Assembly: GCF_963853765.1 (NCBI RefSeq) | Contig: NC_088859.1 | Span: 24,180,001-24,244,000 of the forward strand | Direction: 5' to 3' | Origin: Magallana gigas | Lineage: Eukaryota | DNA: 64,000 nucleotides | Shown here: positions 1 through 10,776 of the stretch, piece by piece | Layout: each line of letters begins with the position of its first letter | Numbering within the stretch: position 1 is the first letter of the stretch | Made by a program: the position numbers and the translations under genes | Notes under the pieces: generated by a model | Databases searched by the model: none | Told to the model about the DNA's origin: nothing | What the model saw: only the letters and a program-made list of their open reading frames with translations

Positions 1-183
1 TCTCTAATTTTGCTGCAACTGTTTAAGTTAAACAACATCTTTGTCAATCACCAGTAGAAGTTATTTGTTAATTGATTGAAAAGCATAGTACATGTATTAG
101 TAACTCATTATTAAATGATTATTAGTGTTTATTAATTGTTTTTCTTATGTTGTAATATCTTAAAGTTGCTATGTCTATCTGTA

Positions 184-505
184 AGCTTGCGGCAAATTTG
201 CCGCAAACAGTTTGCCGGAAGCTAATTTGCATACGAATTCTGAACTTGCTGCAAATTTGCCGCAAACAGTTTGCCAGAGGCTAATTTGCATACGAATTCT
301 GAACTTGCCGCAACTTTGCCGCAAACAGTTTCCCAGAAGCTAATTTGCATACGAATTCTGAACTTGCCGCAACTTTGCAGCAAACAGTTTGCCAGAAGCT
401 AATTTGCATACGAATTCTGAACTTGCCGCAAATTTGCTGCAACTGTTTGTCGCAAATTTGCAGCAACCTCTCTGCAAATTTGCGGCAACTGTTTGCCAGA
501 GGCCT
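184..505. repeat. 59-bp tandem array (about 4.5 copies) with palindromic TTGCGGCAAATTTGCCGCAA motif; probably the right end of a MITE extending left of the window
   Basis: GCTAATTTGCATACGAATTC recurs at 221, 280, 339 and 398 (period 59). A related motif is at 9-25. The array ends ...GAGGCC followed by TTA. Confidence 0.85.
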
Positions 506-894
506 TATATTTTGGTAAGGGATGTTGTCATGTCTAAACGGGCATTGCAATTGTGACAGATCACGTTATCTTTAATATGTTCGTCGTGACCATACCGTAT
601 TGAAGATCGAGATATCATATAACAGTTTAAGAACGTATTGACTCGCATCATCTTGTATCCAATCGTACAATTCCATGAAGTTTCATGATCAACTACACTC
701 TGACAATAAATATATGTGGTGTTCATAACAAGGTGCATGACAATAGGAACCTAGCATAATTAGATAAATATGTGTTGATAAAATTTTTAAGAGGTGTGTT
801 TCACATCATAAGATCAACTCTCCACAGCTTACTTTTGGTTATAAAAAACAGTAAAAAACGCAATTGACAAGAGCAAGTAGTACTGGTATTTCAA

Positions 895-1144
895 AATCCA
901 ATTAGATTAATATTTAAAGATTTCAGGTTGACCTAGACCTGTCTGTTATATATAGATTATTCACTGTATATCATCCCGAGAACCATACGGACCAAGGCCT
1001 AATAAGGGATGCAAGTTTGGTAAAGATAGCACAAGTAATAATTTAGATACAGGACCTGCTCCAAAAACTTAAAACAGGTCCAGGCGCCGAAGCCAGGGGT
1101 ATATAGCATAAGTTCCCCTGACTTCATCTCGGTGAGCTAAAAAG
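895..1144 (+). mobile_element. 3' part of a non-autonomous Helentron-like element (HINE), same family as 9670-10404
   Basis: 1013-1144 is similar to 10258-10404 (CAAGTTTGGT..AGATACAGGACCTGC..TATAGCATAAG..GACTTC..GGTGAGCTAAAA). Confidence 0.7.
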
Positions 1145-1184
1145 TGATTTCATTTCCGACAACGATAAATCAATAGGACCAAAC

Positions 1185-1370
1185 CTTCTGAACTATGATT
1201 CTTTCCCTGGTAACACTCAGAACTTTGTGCAATGTCTCCAGGAAATAGGTAGTTGGGTGGATATCCTGTTGTTCCATTAACTGTAAAATGTACTTCTTGT
1301 CTTCTAGAGTCAGATGTGTATTTCTCATTAAACCATCCATCAGGTGCACAGTCAGAGGAAGCTCATTGGC
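1185..1370 (-). CDS. PTCD1: PTCD1-like gene, coding exon 7 (ANELPLTVHLMDGLMRNTHLTLEDKKYILQLMEQQDIHPTTYFLETLHKVLSVTRERIIVQK)
   Basis: Acceptor ...TTTCAAAAG at 1371 and donor GTTTGG at 1184. 62 codons, phase 0/0, with a PPR-like pattern matching the PTCD1 C-terminal part as I recall it. Read-through would stop at 1170 (VWSY*). Confidence 0.75.
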
Positions 1371-1469
1371 CTTTTGAAATGGAAAATCAAACCATTACAA
1401 TTATTATGAGACCCACTTCAAATGAAATTTATTAATATTTTCTGGCTGCATGATAAGCGGTTATCATAT

Positions 1470-2110
1470 TTTAATTAAGCTCAAGTGAGTTTTTCTGATC
1501 ACATTTTGTCCAACTATACACTCTTAGCATATTTAACTTCTTTTAAAAACCACTGTGCCAATTTCAACCTAACTTTACAAAAGGCTTTCTTGAGTATAGA
1601 GGATTCCAGTTTGTTTAAATAAAAGATCACAACCTTTTTCAAGGGGAGATGATTAATAGTTACTGAAAAAGTTGTAAGCATTTTTAAAGAACTAATTCCC
1701 CATAACTTATCATCACAAGAGTTGAAATTTGTGTGGAAGCATTATCAGGAAGTTAAGGTTTAAATTTGTTCAAAACATGATTACAACAATATAGATAGAG
1801 GTGTTGGCGCATTTGATAGTGTCGACCTATTTGGCCACACCCTAGGGCCTAAACCCCTGTCCCGGGGGCCATGAATTTCATAATTTAAATAGAGGACTTT
1901 GTGGACATCAGAACCATACATGTATTTTAGAGTATAGAGAATATTTTGCTCTACCTCTTTGCCCTGGGGAAGGTAAAGCCATGAATTTTACAATTCAAAT
2001 TCTTTTTACCAAAGAGTTGGATGCTTTACACCAAAAATGGTAATAATTGGCCTTGCAGTTTTCAAAATGTTTAATATGTTAAATTGTTAACGAAAAACGC
2101 ATGACGCCCG
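1470..2110. mobile_element. Degenerate HINE fragments: a reverse-oriented family-B copy (about 1470-1800) and a piece of the 166-bp-satellite family (about 1820-2110)
   Basis: AGCTCAAGTGAGTTTTTCTGATC is the reverse complement of the end seen at about 10550-10585 and 11725-11765. 1830-2090 resembles 11280-11620. Confidence 0.65.
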
Positions 2111-2147
2111 AATTTTTTTCTACACAATCCCCCCCCCCCCCCACCAA

Positions 2148-2799
2148 AGGTAGCAAGGGACAGTTTCGAATAAAGTACCCGTCAATATTTTTGTAAAATT
2201 GAGAGTTGCTGTACTTGAAGGCTTATGAGTGTTGCTAAAATTCATGAAATGATTCTTAATGATTATCATTAGTCAGAGGGGTGTCTCTTGTTGAAATTGA
2301 TATGCAATATGTAGACCCCTTACGTTAGGTACATGAGAATCAGAAGTAAAATGCGAAACCTGCGGCTATGACTGTTGTGCTGACTTTACACAGTGAAATT
2401 GCAAGTTACAGACGGGAGGTAAAATAACACGAAAAGTAGGTGGATGGGACATTGAAAACTATACACCGGTAAGTTTGTGACATGTGATAGTGCAACATGC
2501 ACGCGGTACGGAAGGTCAACCCTCTGCAGGGAATTAGCTGGGGGAGGTCTAAAAAGCCGAAAAATCATGAATAATTAGCAAAATATGAAAGGGTCAAAAT
2601 CTCATAAAAACCAGTATGTAGAGAACTTTACAGGTTTTGATTAGTAATTTTCTTCAGAAATTGGTGATTGGCCTTATAAAGAGTGAATTAAAGGTATTTG
2701 TGCTCAATGGGAACTGAGGAAATTCTAGTTACAGAGTTCCGAAGACATGCATCCCTTGGCTACAATGAATTGTATCAAAAAAACTGTCCCCTGCCACCT
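2148..2799. mobile_element. About 652-bp TIR MITE, Kolobok-like (AGG...CCT termini, TTAA-type site), copy 1
   Basis: Left AGGTAGCAAGGGACAGTTT versus right AAACTGTCCCCTGCCACCT (19 bp, 2 mismatches). Followed by TCAA. Appears identical to copy 2 at +2073 bp. Confidence 0.85.
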
Positions 2800-4220
2800 T
2801 CAAGACTACATGGTATTTTCATATTTCTCCTTTGAGTGTAATTTTGAGTGGATTTTGTACCATAAGTAATACATTTTGTGAAAATGGATGATTTTCTTGG
2901 CTATAGGTGTCATGACATGATTTATTAGCTAAAATATTCAAGGGGAGTAACTCCCTCTTAAATGTGTAGAATGACCACCACTAGAGTAAATTGGCTTAGA
3001 GAGTAGGCATTTCCTATCCTGATGACAATTAATAGGCTTAAGTTAATTACTGAGATAAGAATAAATACTTTAAAACAGTTTTTATCAATTAAATCATTAA
3101 ATTTATGAATTTGCAGCCATTTTGCTGTCTGATTTTATGAAATAACATTAATCCACCTGACTTATATCACCCAATTTTTTTAAAACAGCATATTTTTATT
3201 TCAAATGAACTATACATGTAGACAAATGCAGTTATCAAAGTATACAATATGTCAAAAAACTCAAGTTTTTGCTCCTTCCTATCAAAAAATGGTATTTTAG
3301 ATGTATTTACAGAATTGAAAAAGCCACCCCTTCTTTCCAATGGACTCCATTACCATTACATGTAGGATATGTAAATGTACATTTGACCTTGAAATAACAT
3401 CTGCTATGATAATTACTCTTGAAATGAACAAGAAACAACATATTTTTACCCTTTTATTGTATATATGCATCAAAAATGTAGAAAAACATGTAAAATTTGA
3501 ACATTTTTCACGGAATTCTCATCCGTCCCCAGGTACCCGGGTGTGTTTGAATTTCATTTTAATTAAATGCACACATCACACTTGTAGGTCTTACTAATTT
3601 AGCAAAGTTAAAAGGAGACTAGAAACCAGACTATATAAGATATTCACTAAATATGATTATAGGCTTAGTTTTTCATGAAAACAAGAAATCACATGTAGGG
3701 TGACATGTCTTTTTGTGAATAAAAATGATACAAATCATCCATTTACCAAAAAAGATCAATTTTAAATATCAGTGATGGTTGTTTTCAATTATGTGTAAGA
3801 AATGACTCAAAGAAACTGCCACAAGTTTGATAATATTAGGTTAAAGTGTTCAACCTAATGCTTCATGTGAAAATCAAAAGATAGGGGGAGGGTATACATG
3901 TAAAGGGATTTCTAAGTGATGTGATGCTTTTATCATGATAATATCAAGCAGATGTATGTAGTATTGAATAAGGTTTCTTATTTAAGGAGATTGAACAACA
4001 GTTGACCTCTAAAAGATTAGGTAAAGATGCTTTATTTATGGAGAGCCCTGTGAATCTGTGTTAAATAGAGGAAAGTGGAAATGGTGGGTTCACTTAAATG
4101 GCCATATTTTTCTTAAACCTCAATGGAATTGGCAAAATGTGGTGTACTTTTTTTCAGAATAGCATAAGCTTTTTAATTTTAAGACAAGATGACTTTTCAG
4201 AGAATGTAAGTGTATGTTAA

Positions 4221-4871
4221 AGGTAGCAAGGGACAGTTTCGAATAAAGTACCCGTCAATATTTTTGTAAAATTGAGAGTTGCTGTACTTGAAGGCTTATG
4301 AGTGTTGCTAAAATTCATGAAATGATTCTTAATGATTATCATTAGTCAGAGGGGTGTCTCTTGTTGAAATTGATATGCAATATGTAGACCCCTTACGTTA
4401 GGTACATGAGAATCAGAAGTAAAATGCGAAACCTGCGGCTATGACTGTTGTGCTGACTTTACACAGTGAAATTGCAAGTTACAGACGGGAGGTAAAATAA
4501 CACGAAAAGTAGGTGGATGGGACATTGAAAACTATACACCGGTAAGTTTGTGACATGTGATAGTGCAACATGCACGCGGTACGGAAGGTCAACCCTCTGC
4601 AGGGAATTAGCTGGGGGAGGTCTAAAAAGCCGAAAAATCATGAATAATTAGCAAAATATGAAAGGGTCAAAATCTCATAAAAACCAGTATGTAGAGAACT
4701 TTACAGGTTTTGATTAGTAATTTTCTTCAGAAATTGGTGATTGGCCTTATAAAGAGTGAATTAAAGGTATTTGTGCTCAATGGGAACTGAGGAAATTCTA
4801 GTTACAGAGTTCCGAAGACATGCATCCCTTGGCTACAATGAATTGTATCAAAAAAACTGTCCCCTGCCACC
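4221..4871. mobile_element. Same TIR MITE, copy 2
   Basis: Preceded by TTAA. 2146-2798 and 4219-4871 read identical, and the duplicated ORFs 2386..2568 and 4459..4641 confirm the offset of 2073. Confidence 0.85.
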
Positions 4872-4989
4872 AAAGGGTAATAAAAATACATTGAGGCAGG
4901 CCATTTTCAGAGAGGCAGGTAGGGGTGAAAATCTAAAAATTAATTTTATGTGGCCTGACACAAGCAAGCTTTGTGTCAAATTTTTGCTT

Positions 4990-5775
4990 CTAATCATTTC
5001 CATTAATACAAAATATGACACAGACAGGAATTAAGCATTTTTAAATCACCTTGAACTTGCCCAAATGACCTTGGGTCAAGGTCATGACACACCTTCATGT
5101 CATAAGCAATCTTTGTGTGAAGTAAGAACTTCTAAGGCGAGAGAAATTTAATTTTTAGTTTTACGGATTTTGTTGTAAAAAATTTGGGTCGGAGGAGGGA
5201 AAATAAAAAAATAAAAAAAACAGAGGGCAAACTTTTTTTTTAATCAAAATTACATCTTATTTGCTTGAACTTATAATATTAAGTTTAATTTGTCCACTAT
5301 CCACTGTGTACTTTGTGTTTGTTTCAAGATCATTGGTATTAACCTTACTAAACTTGTTCAGGATAACAATTTCTTTGCTTTTCATAAAAACTTTTAAGCC
5401 AAACCATGCATGGCTGACCTCCATCTTAAATACACCATGTTATAGAGACGCTTACACTTGATTTTAAAAGCTCCCTTTGTCAAACGTTTTGCAGATTACA
5501 AATAAAATAAAGTAATTTTAAAACCAAGATTGGTCAAACTTGAAAATTCCGGAAAAAATTTCCGAAGATACAAATTTTTTTCATTATTTTTTTTTTTACA
5601 AAATCGGAAAAATTGGGTCGGCGGATCCGTAAAACTAAAAATTAAATTTCTCTCGCCTAATGTTTCTCCCTCTCCATAAGTATGGACAGGACACAAATTT
5701 TGCACATTCAGACAGACGGAAGGACGGACATGGTGATTCCTATATACCTCCGCAAACAAAGTTTGGTATAATAAT
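4990..5775 (+). mobile_element. HINE/pearl-like MITE with a (GACG/GACA) microsatellite near its 3' end, interrupted by a PIF MITE
   Basis: GACCTTGGGTCAAGGTCATGAC hairpin and a CAGACAGACGGAAGGACGGAC tract. The empty site rejoins as GAACTTC-TAA-TGTTTCTCC. Confidence 0.65.
5136..5657. mobile_element. PIF/Harbinger-type MITE, 522 bp
   Basis: Perfect 33-bp TIR GGCGAGAGAAATTTAATTTTTAGTTTTACGGAT (5136-5168 / 5625-5657). TAA target duplication at 5133-5135 and 5658-5660. Confidence 0.9.
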
Positions 5776-5985
5776 TATTAAAACTTTTAAAGTAATACAT
5801 GTATGTGAAATCCCTTGTATGTATCTTTTGATTTAAATAATCAAGAATAATCAGAGATGTTCCAAATCACATTACTAAGGAGTAAATTCTTCAACATTAC
5901 AACAGTTTAATAGTATATAGTAATAGTAATAAAATCGACTGCTGTACAGAAAATCTCAACATAGACTATCTGACAGAATACTTAC

Positions 5986-6105
5986 TAGTAAGTCATCCAG
6001 AAACTGCCTCATTGTGTCCCCATCCTTACACATGATGTAGTTGAGGTATTTAAAGATGAAGATGTTGGGTTGGATACCTTTCTCTTCCATTAGATGTACC
6101 AATTT
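5986..6105 (-). CDS. PTCD1: PTCD1-like gene, coding exon 6 (KLVHLMEEKGIQPNIFIFKYLNYIMCKDGDTMRQFLDDLL)
   Basis: Acceptor TTGATTGTAG and donor GTAAGT. 40 codons, phase 0/0, with PPR motif MEEKGIQPN. Not in the supplied ORF track. Confidence 0.9.
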
Positions 6106-6137
6106 CTACAATCAACAATTCCATGTACACTGCAATA

Positions 6138-6579
6138 CAGTAAAACTCGTTTAGTACGAACACGGATATAGTGAATTATTGGATATAGCAAAGTTTTTTG
6201 AGTCCCTGGTAAAACTGTTAAGAAATCTTTTCAAAATTTTACAGTTATAACAAATTCGGATAAAACGAATTTACGGATATAGCGAACTGATTTTGAGTCC
6301 CGTAGAGGTGAATAATAACAATTGAAAATTTAACACTTTTATAACGAATTTGTTTACAGTTTGCACTACGATTTAACATAATAGTTTGAATTAATTAATT
6401 TTTTGCATAAATTCTTCAATTTACAATCCAATTTTTAAAGGTATAAACATCAATTAGCAAAAATTGAAGTCTAGTAAATAAAACATGTATATAGTGAATT
6501 CCCTATAGAAATTATTACGAATTTATTATATGGATATAATGAATTATGGATATAACGAAGTAACTCCAGAGTTTTACTG
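6138..6579. mobile_element. Tc1/mariner (pogo/Tigger-like) MITE
   Basis: TA-CAGTAAAACTC ... GAGTTTTACTG-TA, with internal GGATATA(A/G)CGAA-type repeats at both ends. Confidence 0.85.
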
Positions 6580-6937
6580 TAAAATGGGTTTCCAAATGTC
6601 AGGCATTCACCACTTAGTCATATTGATAAATAAGTGAAGGTTATCTTTTGTTACAACTTAGCTCCTTACACAGACAAACACCTTGATATTACCTAAGTTT
6701 GTGAACAGATATTAGACAAAGAATGTATACATTTATGATATGAGAATGCAAATCCTTTTCAACATGTTTTTCTCCTGATGGTGTAAAATTACAGTTACAT
6801 CTTAAGTTTGTTTGGTATATTTATTTCTTATTAAAGTTGTATTATCATTGAAGTTTCATAACCACTTTAGACCCATTCTCTCCATCTTTCTACTCTCTAC
6901 ATACCAGTACATATATAAGCTTGCTTTCTTAGTATAC

Positions 6938-7672
6938 CTTAGCCTGTTCTGGCTGCATTCTTCTTGTTCTCTTTAGCATTGCATGCGATATTATGTCTAT
7001 ATCTGGAGAAATGCCAAGTTCTTCCATCATAGAAAATAGATAATCCTCCTCTTGTAATGTATCCACAATATCAAACAACTGTCCAAAAACAGCCACGTTT
7101 GGAGTTATTCCATCTATCTTCATGCGAGCCAAAAATCCACTCACTCCACCCAACATGTCCAATCTGACATATTTATTCTGAACTGCATGCATGTTTAAAA
7201 CTCTCAGCAAGATTTCTCCTGGTTTTAACACATCTGGAAATTCATTGTTTCTGACTTGACTTGAGTTTGCTGTGGGTGGGTGAACTGTTAACCGATTTGC
7301 TTCTGTACTTGAGACTGACGTATCTTGTTGAGATGAACTTACAGCATCAATAAGGCAAAGCTCTGCCTGAGTCTGGTTTGACCTGCTCTGAATTTGATCA
7401 CCAGTGTTAGGTATATTCTGTGACAGACAGTTTAACTCTTGTATGTAAGAGTCTGAGGGCAAGCAGATCGTTTCCTTATTTACTTTATTTAATTCAAGAT
7501 CTTTGTTTAATGTCTCACATAACTGTTTCTGCATGGAAAATGGTGAAGTCTGAAGTAACACTTGATAGAATGTGGATATGTCTCCAATTTCACAACAACG
7601 AACAACTCGCAAAAGTAGCATGTAATGATACAATGTTGGCTTTATTTGACATAAGCTTGCTATCCTCCATAC
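6938..7672 (-). CDS. PTCD1: PTCD1-like gene, coding exon 5 (VWRIASLCQIKPTLYHYMLLL...RMQPEQAK)
   Basis: Within ORF 6929..7759. Acceptor TTTCACAG at 7673 and donor GTATAC at 6937. 245 codons with PPR motifs (RMKIDGITPN, MMEELGISPD). Confidence 0.92.
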
Positions 7673-7832
7673 CTGTGAAAATAATGAGGGAATGAAGGTT
7701 ATATTGCTTTTTACAGAATGGAGGAGTAAAGAAGTCTCAGGAGAGAATGTTTCAAACATTTTTTTTACATTGAAAGGTTAGCTATGAGTAAACTATGAGC
7801 AAAATATAAAGTAAGTTGACCAGATATTTTAT

Positions 7833-8255
7833 CCGTTTAACACGCTCAAATTTTGGTTGTATGTACGAATCGTCCCTGCAACATTTTATATAGGATTATA
7901 TAGGAAAAAGATGGTTTTCATTTTCAATTTCATATGTAAAAAATTACAAGCATATGTTTTTATTTTGTAAATTATATTTATTTTCCATTTTAATTATTGA
8001 CGCTGCAATAAAGAAAGCACAACATTTGTTTTTGCCATTGTAACTTCAAAGTCTCAATTCATCGTAAGATGTTGACACCAACATGGATAATGCCCATATT
8101 GAAGAAGTGGCGAAATGATTAAATACTTCTGAATATCATTGTAACGATTAATTTCACTGAAAATAATCTTTATGATAAGTAAATCTTCTAAATAAAAACA
8201 TTACATGATAACCTGTATATTTTAACATTTTACTTTAAATTTGCGTTTTACACGG
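7833..8255. mobile_element. Degenerate mariner-type MITE
   Basis: CCGTTTAACACGCTCAAATTT ... AAATTTGCGTTTTACACGG-TA is an imperfect TIR. Confidence 0.5.
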
Positions 8256-8624
8256 TAAAGTTTGACCTTAATGGAAATGTTTTGTGTCTTATTTTTCTGT
8301 TGATAACACTGGCCATTAGAGCTTGTTTGTAAGAGGCTAAAATTGTTCTAGAGAAGATTTTAAACATCCTATCCTTTTTATTCCTATCTAGTAATCGTTC
8401 ATTTGAAAGGGGAGCTAGCACTTCAATGAATTTCATAGAAACTTAAAAGGTCTTCACCAATGGAGCCAAGTTAGATTGAAATAATGAGAAATAAAAAATG
8501 TAAACATTTAAAGACATACAGAGGAGCAGGCATATAGATGGATACAAGTGATAAAACTTACAAAAAAGTGGAATATCATATGAAAAAATTAATGAAAAAA
8601 AAACAAAACAAAGAAAACAGCTAC

Positions 8625-8945
8625 CCCTATTGCCAAGGAAAATCCATTCTTTTCATCTCCTGCAGCAGCCATTAGAATGTTTGCAAATGTCTTGTCATCT
8701 GGTTTGTACAGTTTAAAGCTCTGGTCAGCCAGATGTAGAGCTATTTCAGTTTGTCCCAGGCAACCAAAGGTTTTGATCATGGCATTGAATGTGATCTGAG
8801 TGGGGGTTATGTTATTTGCTTTCATTGTGTAGATAAGTTTTGTGGCTCGTTGGAAACCATCTTCCTTCCCATAGATAGACTTGGAGCAAGCATTAAACAG
8901 GGCTGTGAAAACTTGTGGAATAGGTTCGTATCCAAAATCTCTCAT
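8625..8945 (-). CDS. PTCD1: PTCD1-like gene, coding exon 4 (MRDFGYEPIPQVFTALFNAC...DEKNGFSLAIG)
   Basis: Acceptor GTCTGCAG and donor GTAGCT. 107 codons with clear PPR repeats. It joins as DEKNGFSLAIG|VWR, like vertebrate PTCD1 DKKTGFRYALQVWR (recalled). Confidence 0.93.
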
Positions 8946-9195
8946 CTGCAGACAAACATGAGAATTACATGAAATATATAATATTTAGGCTCTGTCTGTG
9001 TAAACAAATGAAAATATTGATAATTTAAATTAATAATTTCAATACATTTACAAAGTAAAACCATGATATTTATCATTTAAGACAAGGATTCTTCTAAAAC
9101 TAAAACATTTACAAGTGACTAAGGTAAAGCTATAGCATCTCTCTGTGTGAAAGATGAAAATAAATACAGACTGCGACAAATTTACATATTTCTAC

Positions 9196-9336
9196 CTTTT
9201 TATAGAAACCAAATGCTTTTCTGGTGTCCCCCGTCTTACTGATTAGAGAGATCAATGTGTAGTAGTGTGTCGGTAGGGGTCGGATTCGGTCATTCTTCAG
9301 CATTATCACCTGCAGGACATCAATGGCCCTGTCAAT
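9196..9336 (-). CDS. PTCD1: PTCD1-like gene, coding exon 3 (IDRAIDVLQVIMLKNDRIRPLPTHYYTLISLISKTGDTRKAFGFYKK)
   Basis: Acceptor CTTTGGATAG and donor GTAGAA. 47 codons, phase 0/0, first PPR motif. Confidence 0.9.
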
Positions 9337-9476
9337 CTATCCAAAGAGAGGAGCAAACAATATTTAATAATTAAGAAAAGTATTCAAAACCGAAGAATTT
9401 GAATGGACTGGAACATGTACAATAAAGAACTGATTTCATTCTTTTTTAACAGATTTAACTGATTTCATTCTTTTTT

Positions 9477-9528
9477 AAGAATATTGATTCTCCTACATGC
9501 GGATGCATGTAGGAGAATCAATATTCTT
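9477..9528. repeat. Perfect 24-bp inverted repeat with a 4-nt loop
   Basis: AAGAATATTGATTCTCCTACATGC-GGAT-GCATGTAGGAGAATCAATATTCTT. Confidence 0.95.
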
Positions 9529-9574
9529 CAAGACAATTCAAACCAAATGATGTAACACTGTGTATATATTTAAG

Positions 9575-9665
9575 GAATAAGGAATCATTCTTTGAGTATT
9601 ATGAGGTGATAGTTTTGGTCGGGCATGGTTAAATCCATCAAAGCCCAAAGGGCTTTATGATAGCC
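9575..9665. mobile_element. Left arm plus centre of the palindromic MITE found complete at 15363-15511
   Basis: AATAAGGAATCATTCTTTGAGTATTATGAGGTGATA... and AAAGCCCAAAGGGCTTT are shared with that element. Confidence 0.8.
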
Positions 9666-9669
9666 ATCT

Positions 9670-10404
9670 GCATCTGAAATCTATAGCTATGATTCAGCAT
9701 CCACGCCCGTAGAGTGCATCAGAATCACAAGATGCATCATCTATTCAAATCTGATAAAGACTGAACCAATAATAACAAAGATTTGTCTATCAAAGGGAAC
9801 CTGCTAAAAAACTTTTATCAACTCAAAAACATTAACCTCCTCAAGCAACTATAGCCTATGGCTCAGATTCAGGTTTCAAGTGCATAAGTGTTGTAAGACT
9901 TACCATCCATGCAAGTGTGGTGAAGTTAAGACCAGTAATAACTTTGATATCATATCTTAGGGCACATGCTCCAAAAACTTTACCCAGCTCCAAAAATCTT
10001 AACCTCAGTCAGCATTCGGAACTTATGTCTAAGATTAAGCATTCAAGCCTGTAAGGTGCATCAGTATCATAAGACACACCATCATGTTTGCTGAAGTTAG
10101 GACCAAAAGTAATTAAGAAATGGCTATCAAGGTGCACCTGCTCCCAAAAATTTAACCTGCTCCAAAAACCTTAACCTCATCCAACATCTTAAACTCATGG
10201 CCCAGATTCAGCATCCAAGTCTTTCAAGTCCCTAAGTAGGTCCAGATGCATCATCCAGGCAAGTTTGGTGAAGATAAGACAAGTAATAATTAAGATACAG
10301 GACCTGCAACAAAAACTTTAACCAGGTCCGTACTCCGACGCAAAAACCTGGTGTATAGCATAAGCTCCCCCCCCCAATCCCGACTTCGTCTAGGTGAGCT
10401 AAAA
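9670..10404 (+). mobile_element. HINE with about 4 diverged 170-175-bp internal monomers
   Basis: GATTCAGCATCC-like anchors near 9690, 9865, 10032 and 10206. Ends AGGTGAGCTAAAA. Confidence 0.7.
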
Positions 10405-10776
10405 GCTGGCCTTTTATTTCTGCAATTTATATTTACCTTTAAATTGTGATGCTTTGTGCCAAATTTGGTTGAAATAGGCCAAGTGGTTTTAGAGAAGAAG
10501 TTTAAAATGTGAAAAGTTTACAAACAGAGGGACGTCGAACAAAATGTGATCAGATCAGAGAAGCTCACTTTAACTTTCAGCTAAGAGGAGTTAAAAAATT
10601 CTACCTACAATTCAATACTTTCTCCTATAATTATACGGCTTTTTATGATAAAATAATCATTAATTTGTCTTCAAAACAAAATCATTCAAATACAATGGAA
10701 TTTTTAAAAAATATTTCATATATATTTATATATCATAAATTTTTTTGTAAATTATCATTTTCTGATTTCTACATTT

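Noticed and set aside
281-550. 89-aa ORF
   Set aside because: Translation of the 59-bp repeat.
2146-4871. The 653-bp direct repeats as LTRs of a TRIM/LARD retroelement
   Set aside because: No TG...CA ends, primer-binding site or polypurine tract. Each copy has its own TIRs.
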